64,000 nucleotides of DNA, from the NCBI GenBank assembly GCA_963738505.1, contig CAVTWR010000002.1, positions 20,278-84,277 on the forward strand. The letters are read 5' to 3'. A program made the translations under genes and the position numbers. Under the pieces are notes generated by a model. That model saw only the letters and a program-made list of their open reading frames with translations, was not told the origin of the DNA and did not search any database. Shown here piece after piece: positions 62,861-64,000 of the stretch (positions are counted from its first letter, which is position 1; every line of letters begins with the position of its first letter). This DNA is from an uncultured Actinomycetes bacterium. Lineage in GTDB: Bacteria > Actinomycetota > Thermoleophilia > Gaiellales > Gaiellaceae.

Positions 62861-64000
62861 ATGTCACGCATCACCATCGTCGGCGGAGGACAGTCGGGCT
62901 TGCAGCTGGGGATCGGCCTGCTGCAGGGAGGCTGGGACGTGACGATCGTCTCCGACCGGTCGCCTCAGCAGATCCTCGAGGGGCGCGTCACCTCCAGCCA
63001 GTGCATGTTCGCCAACGCACTCGACCACGAGCGCGCCCTCGGCATCGACTTCTGGGACGACAGCTGTCCCCCCGTGACCGGCATCAGCTTCTCCGTGCCC
63101 CATCCGGAGATCCCCGGGACGAAGGCGATGGAGTTCGCCTCGCGGCTCGATCGGCCGGCCCAGGCCGTCGACCAGCGGATCAAGTTCCCGCGCTGGATGG
63201 AGCACTTCCAGGCCGGCGGCGGCACGCTCGTCCTGCACGAGGCGACGGTGGCGGATCTGGAGACGTACGCGGACGAGAGCGATCTCGTGGTGGTCGCAGC
63301 GGGCAAGGGGGAGATCGCGCGCTTCTTCGAGCGTGACGCGGAGAGATCGGCGTTCGACCAGCCGATGAGGGCTCTCGCGCTCACCTACGTCACCGGGATG
63401 ACGCCGAGGCCCGACTACTCCGCCGTGTGTTTCAACCTCTGTCCCGGCGTGGGGGAGTACTTCGTGTTCCCCGCCGAGACGATCGGCGGCAGCTGCGAGA
63501 TCATGGTGTTCGAAGGCGTGCCGGGTGGCCCTATGGACTGCTGGGCGGACGTGACCACCCCGGACGAGCACCTGACCAAGTCGCGGTGGATTCTCGACAC
63601 CTTCTTCCCCTGGGAGGGAGAGCGCTGCGAGAGCGTCGAGCTGACCGACCCGCTCGGCACCCTGGCCGGGAGGTTCCCGCCCACGGTTCGCAAGCCGGTC
63701 GGCGTGCTGCCGTCCGGGAGGCCCGTGCTCGGGATGGCCGACGCGGTGCTGCTCAACGATCCCGTCACCGGGCAGGGCTCGAACAACGCGGCCAAGGGCG
63801 CGGCGGTCTACCTGAAGCGGATTCTCGAGCGTGGCTCGGGCCCGTTCGACGCCGCCTGGATGCAGGGCACGTTCGAGGAGCTGTGGGCGTACGCGAAGGA
63901 CGTCGTCAACTGGACGAACGCGCTCCTGCAACCCCCACCGCCGCACGTGCTCGAGGTGCTCGGCGCGGCGTGCGGCAACCAGGCGATCGCGCATCGCTTC
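62861..64000 (+). CDS. Styrene/indole monooxygenase oxygenase subunit (StyA/IifC-like), truncated by the window end
   Basis: MSRITIVGGGQSGLQL...SSQCMF, AVDQR and NDPVTGQGSNNAAK; RBS GAGGAG; not in the ORF track because it runs off the end. Confidence 0.88.
   Translation, partial: MSRITIVGGGQSGLQLGIGLLQGGWDVTIVSDRSPQQILEGRVTSSQCMFANALDHERALGIDFWDDSCPPVTGISFSVPHPEIPGTKAMEFASRLDRPAQAVDQRIKFPRWMEHFQAGGGTLVLHEATVADLETYADESDLVVVAAGKGEIARFFERDAERSAFDQPMRALALTYVTGMTPRPDYSAVCFNLCPGVGEYFVFPAETIGGSCEIMVFEGVPGGPMDCWADVTTPDEHLTKSRWILDTFFPWEGERCESVELTDPLGTLAGRFPPTVRKPVGVLPSGRPVLGMADAVLLNDPVTGQGSNNAAKGAAVYLKRILERGSGPFDAAWMQGTFEELWAYAKDVVNWTNALLQPPPPHVLEVLGAACGNQAIAHRF

Overview
About 70% GC bacterial DNA with many leaderless genes, actinobacterial in style; Thermoleophilia/Gaiellales is an inference. 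The window contains, in order: (1) a small defence/TA island at 1-6.6 kb, with a frameshift-ridden DprA + PRTase pair under a LexA box, an XRE + nucleotidyltransferase pair, an HNH nuclease and a vapC scar; (2) a 14-kb catabolic cluster carrying a TrmB-family regulator (free lipoyl domain, E1 alpha/beta without E2/E3, SDRs, lactonase, sugar ABC transporter, ALDH, HMG aldolase, LeuCD-like pair); (3) cysD-cysNC, a MacAB-type exporter, dodecin, nirK, assorted oxidoreductases, an orphan PrnB-family gene and mgsA; (4) a UGA-containing Rdx (SelW-like) selenoprotein missed by the ORF track; (5) a Nitrospira/anammox-type NXR-like ABC+D operon, head-to-head with an RnfD/UnbU-UnbV fusion gene; (6) the start of an iifB-iifC/styA indole/styrene oxygenase operon. 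The intergenic DNA is richly structured: a covarying 25-nt hairpin (REP/REPIN-like) family of at least 11 copies including a 4x60-bp tandem array, a CTAG-bounded MITE lying between an RBS and its start codon, and a 227-nt Y-shaped fold-back element. All calls were made by eye; no searches or folding programs were run.
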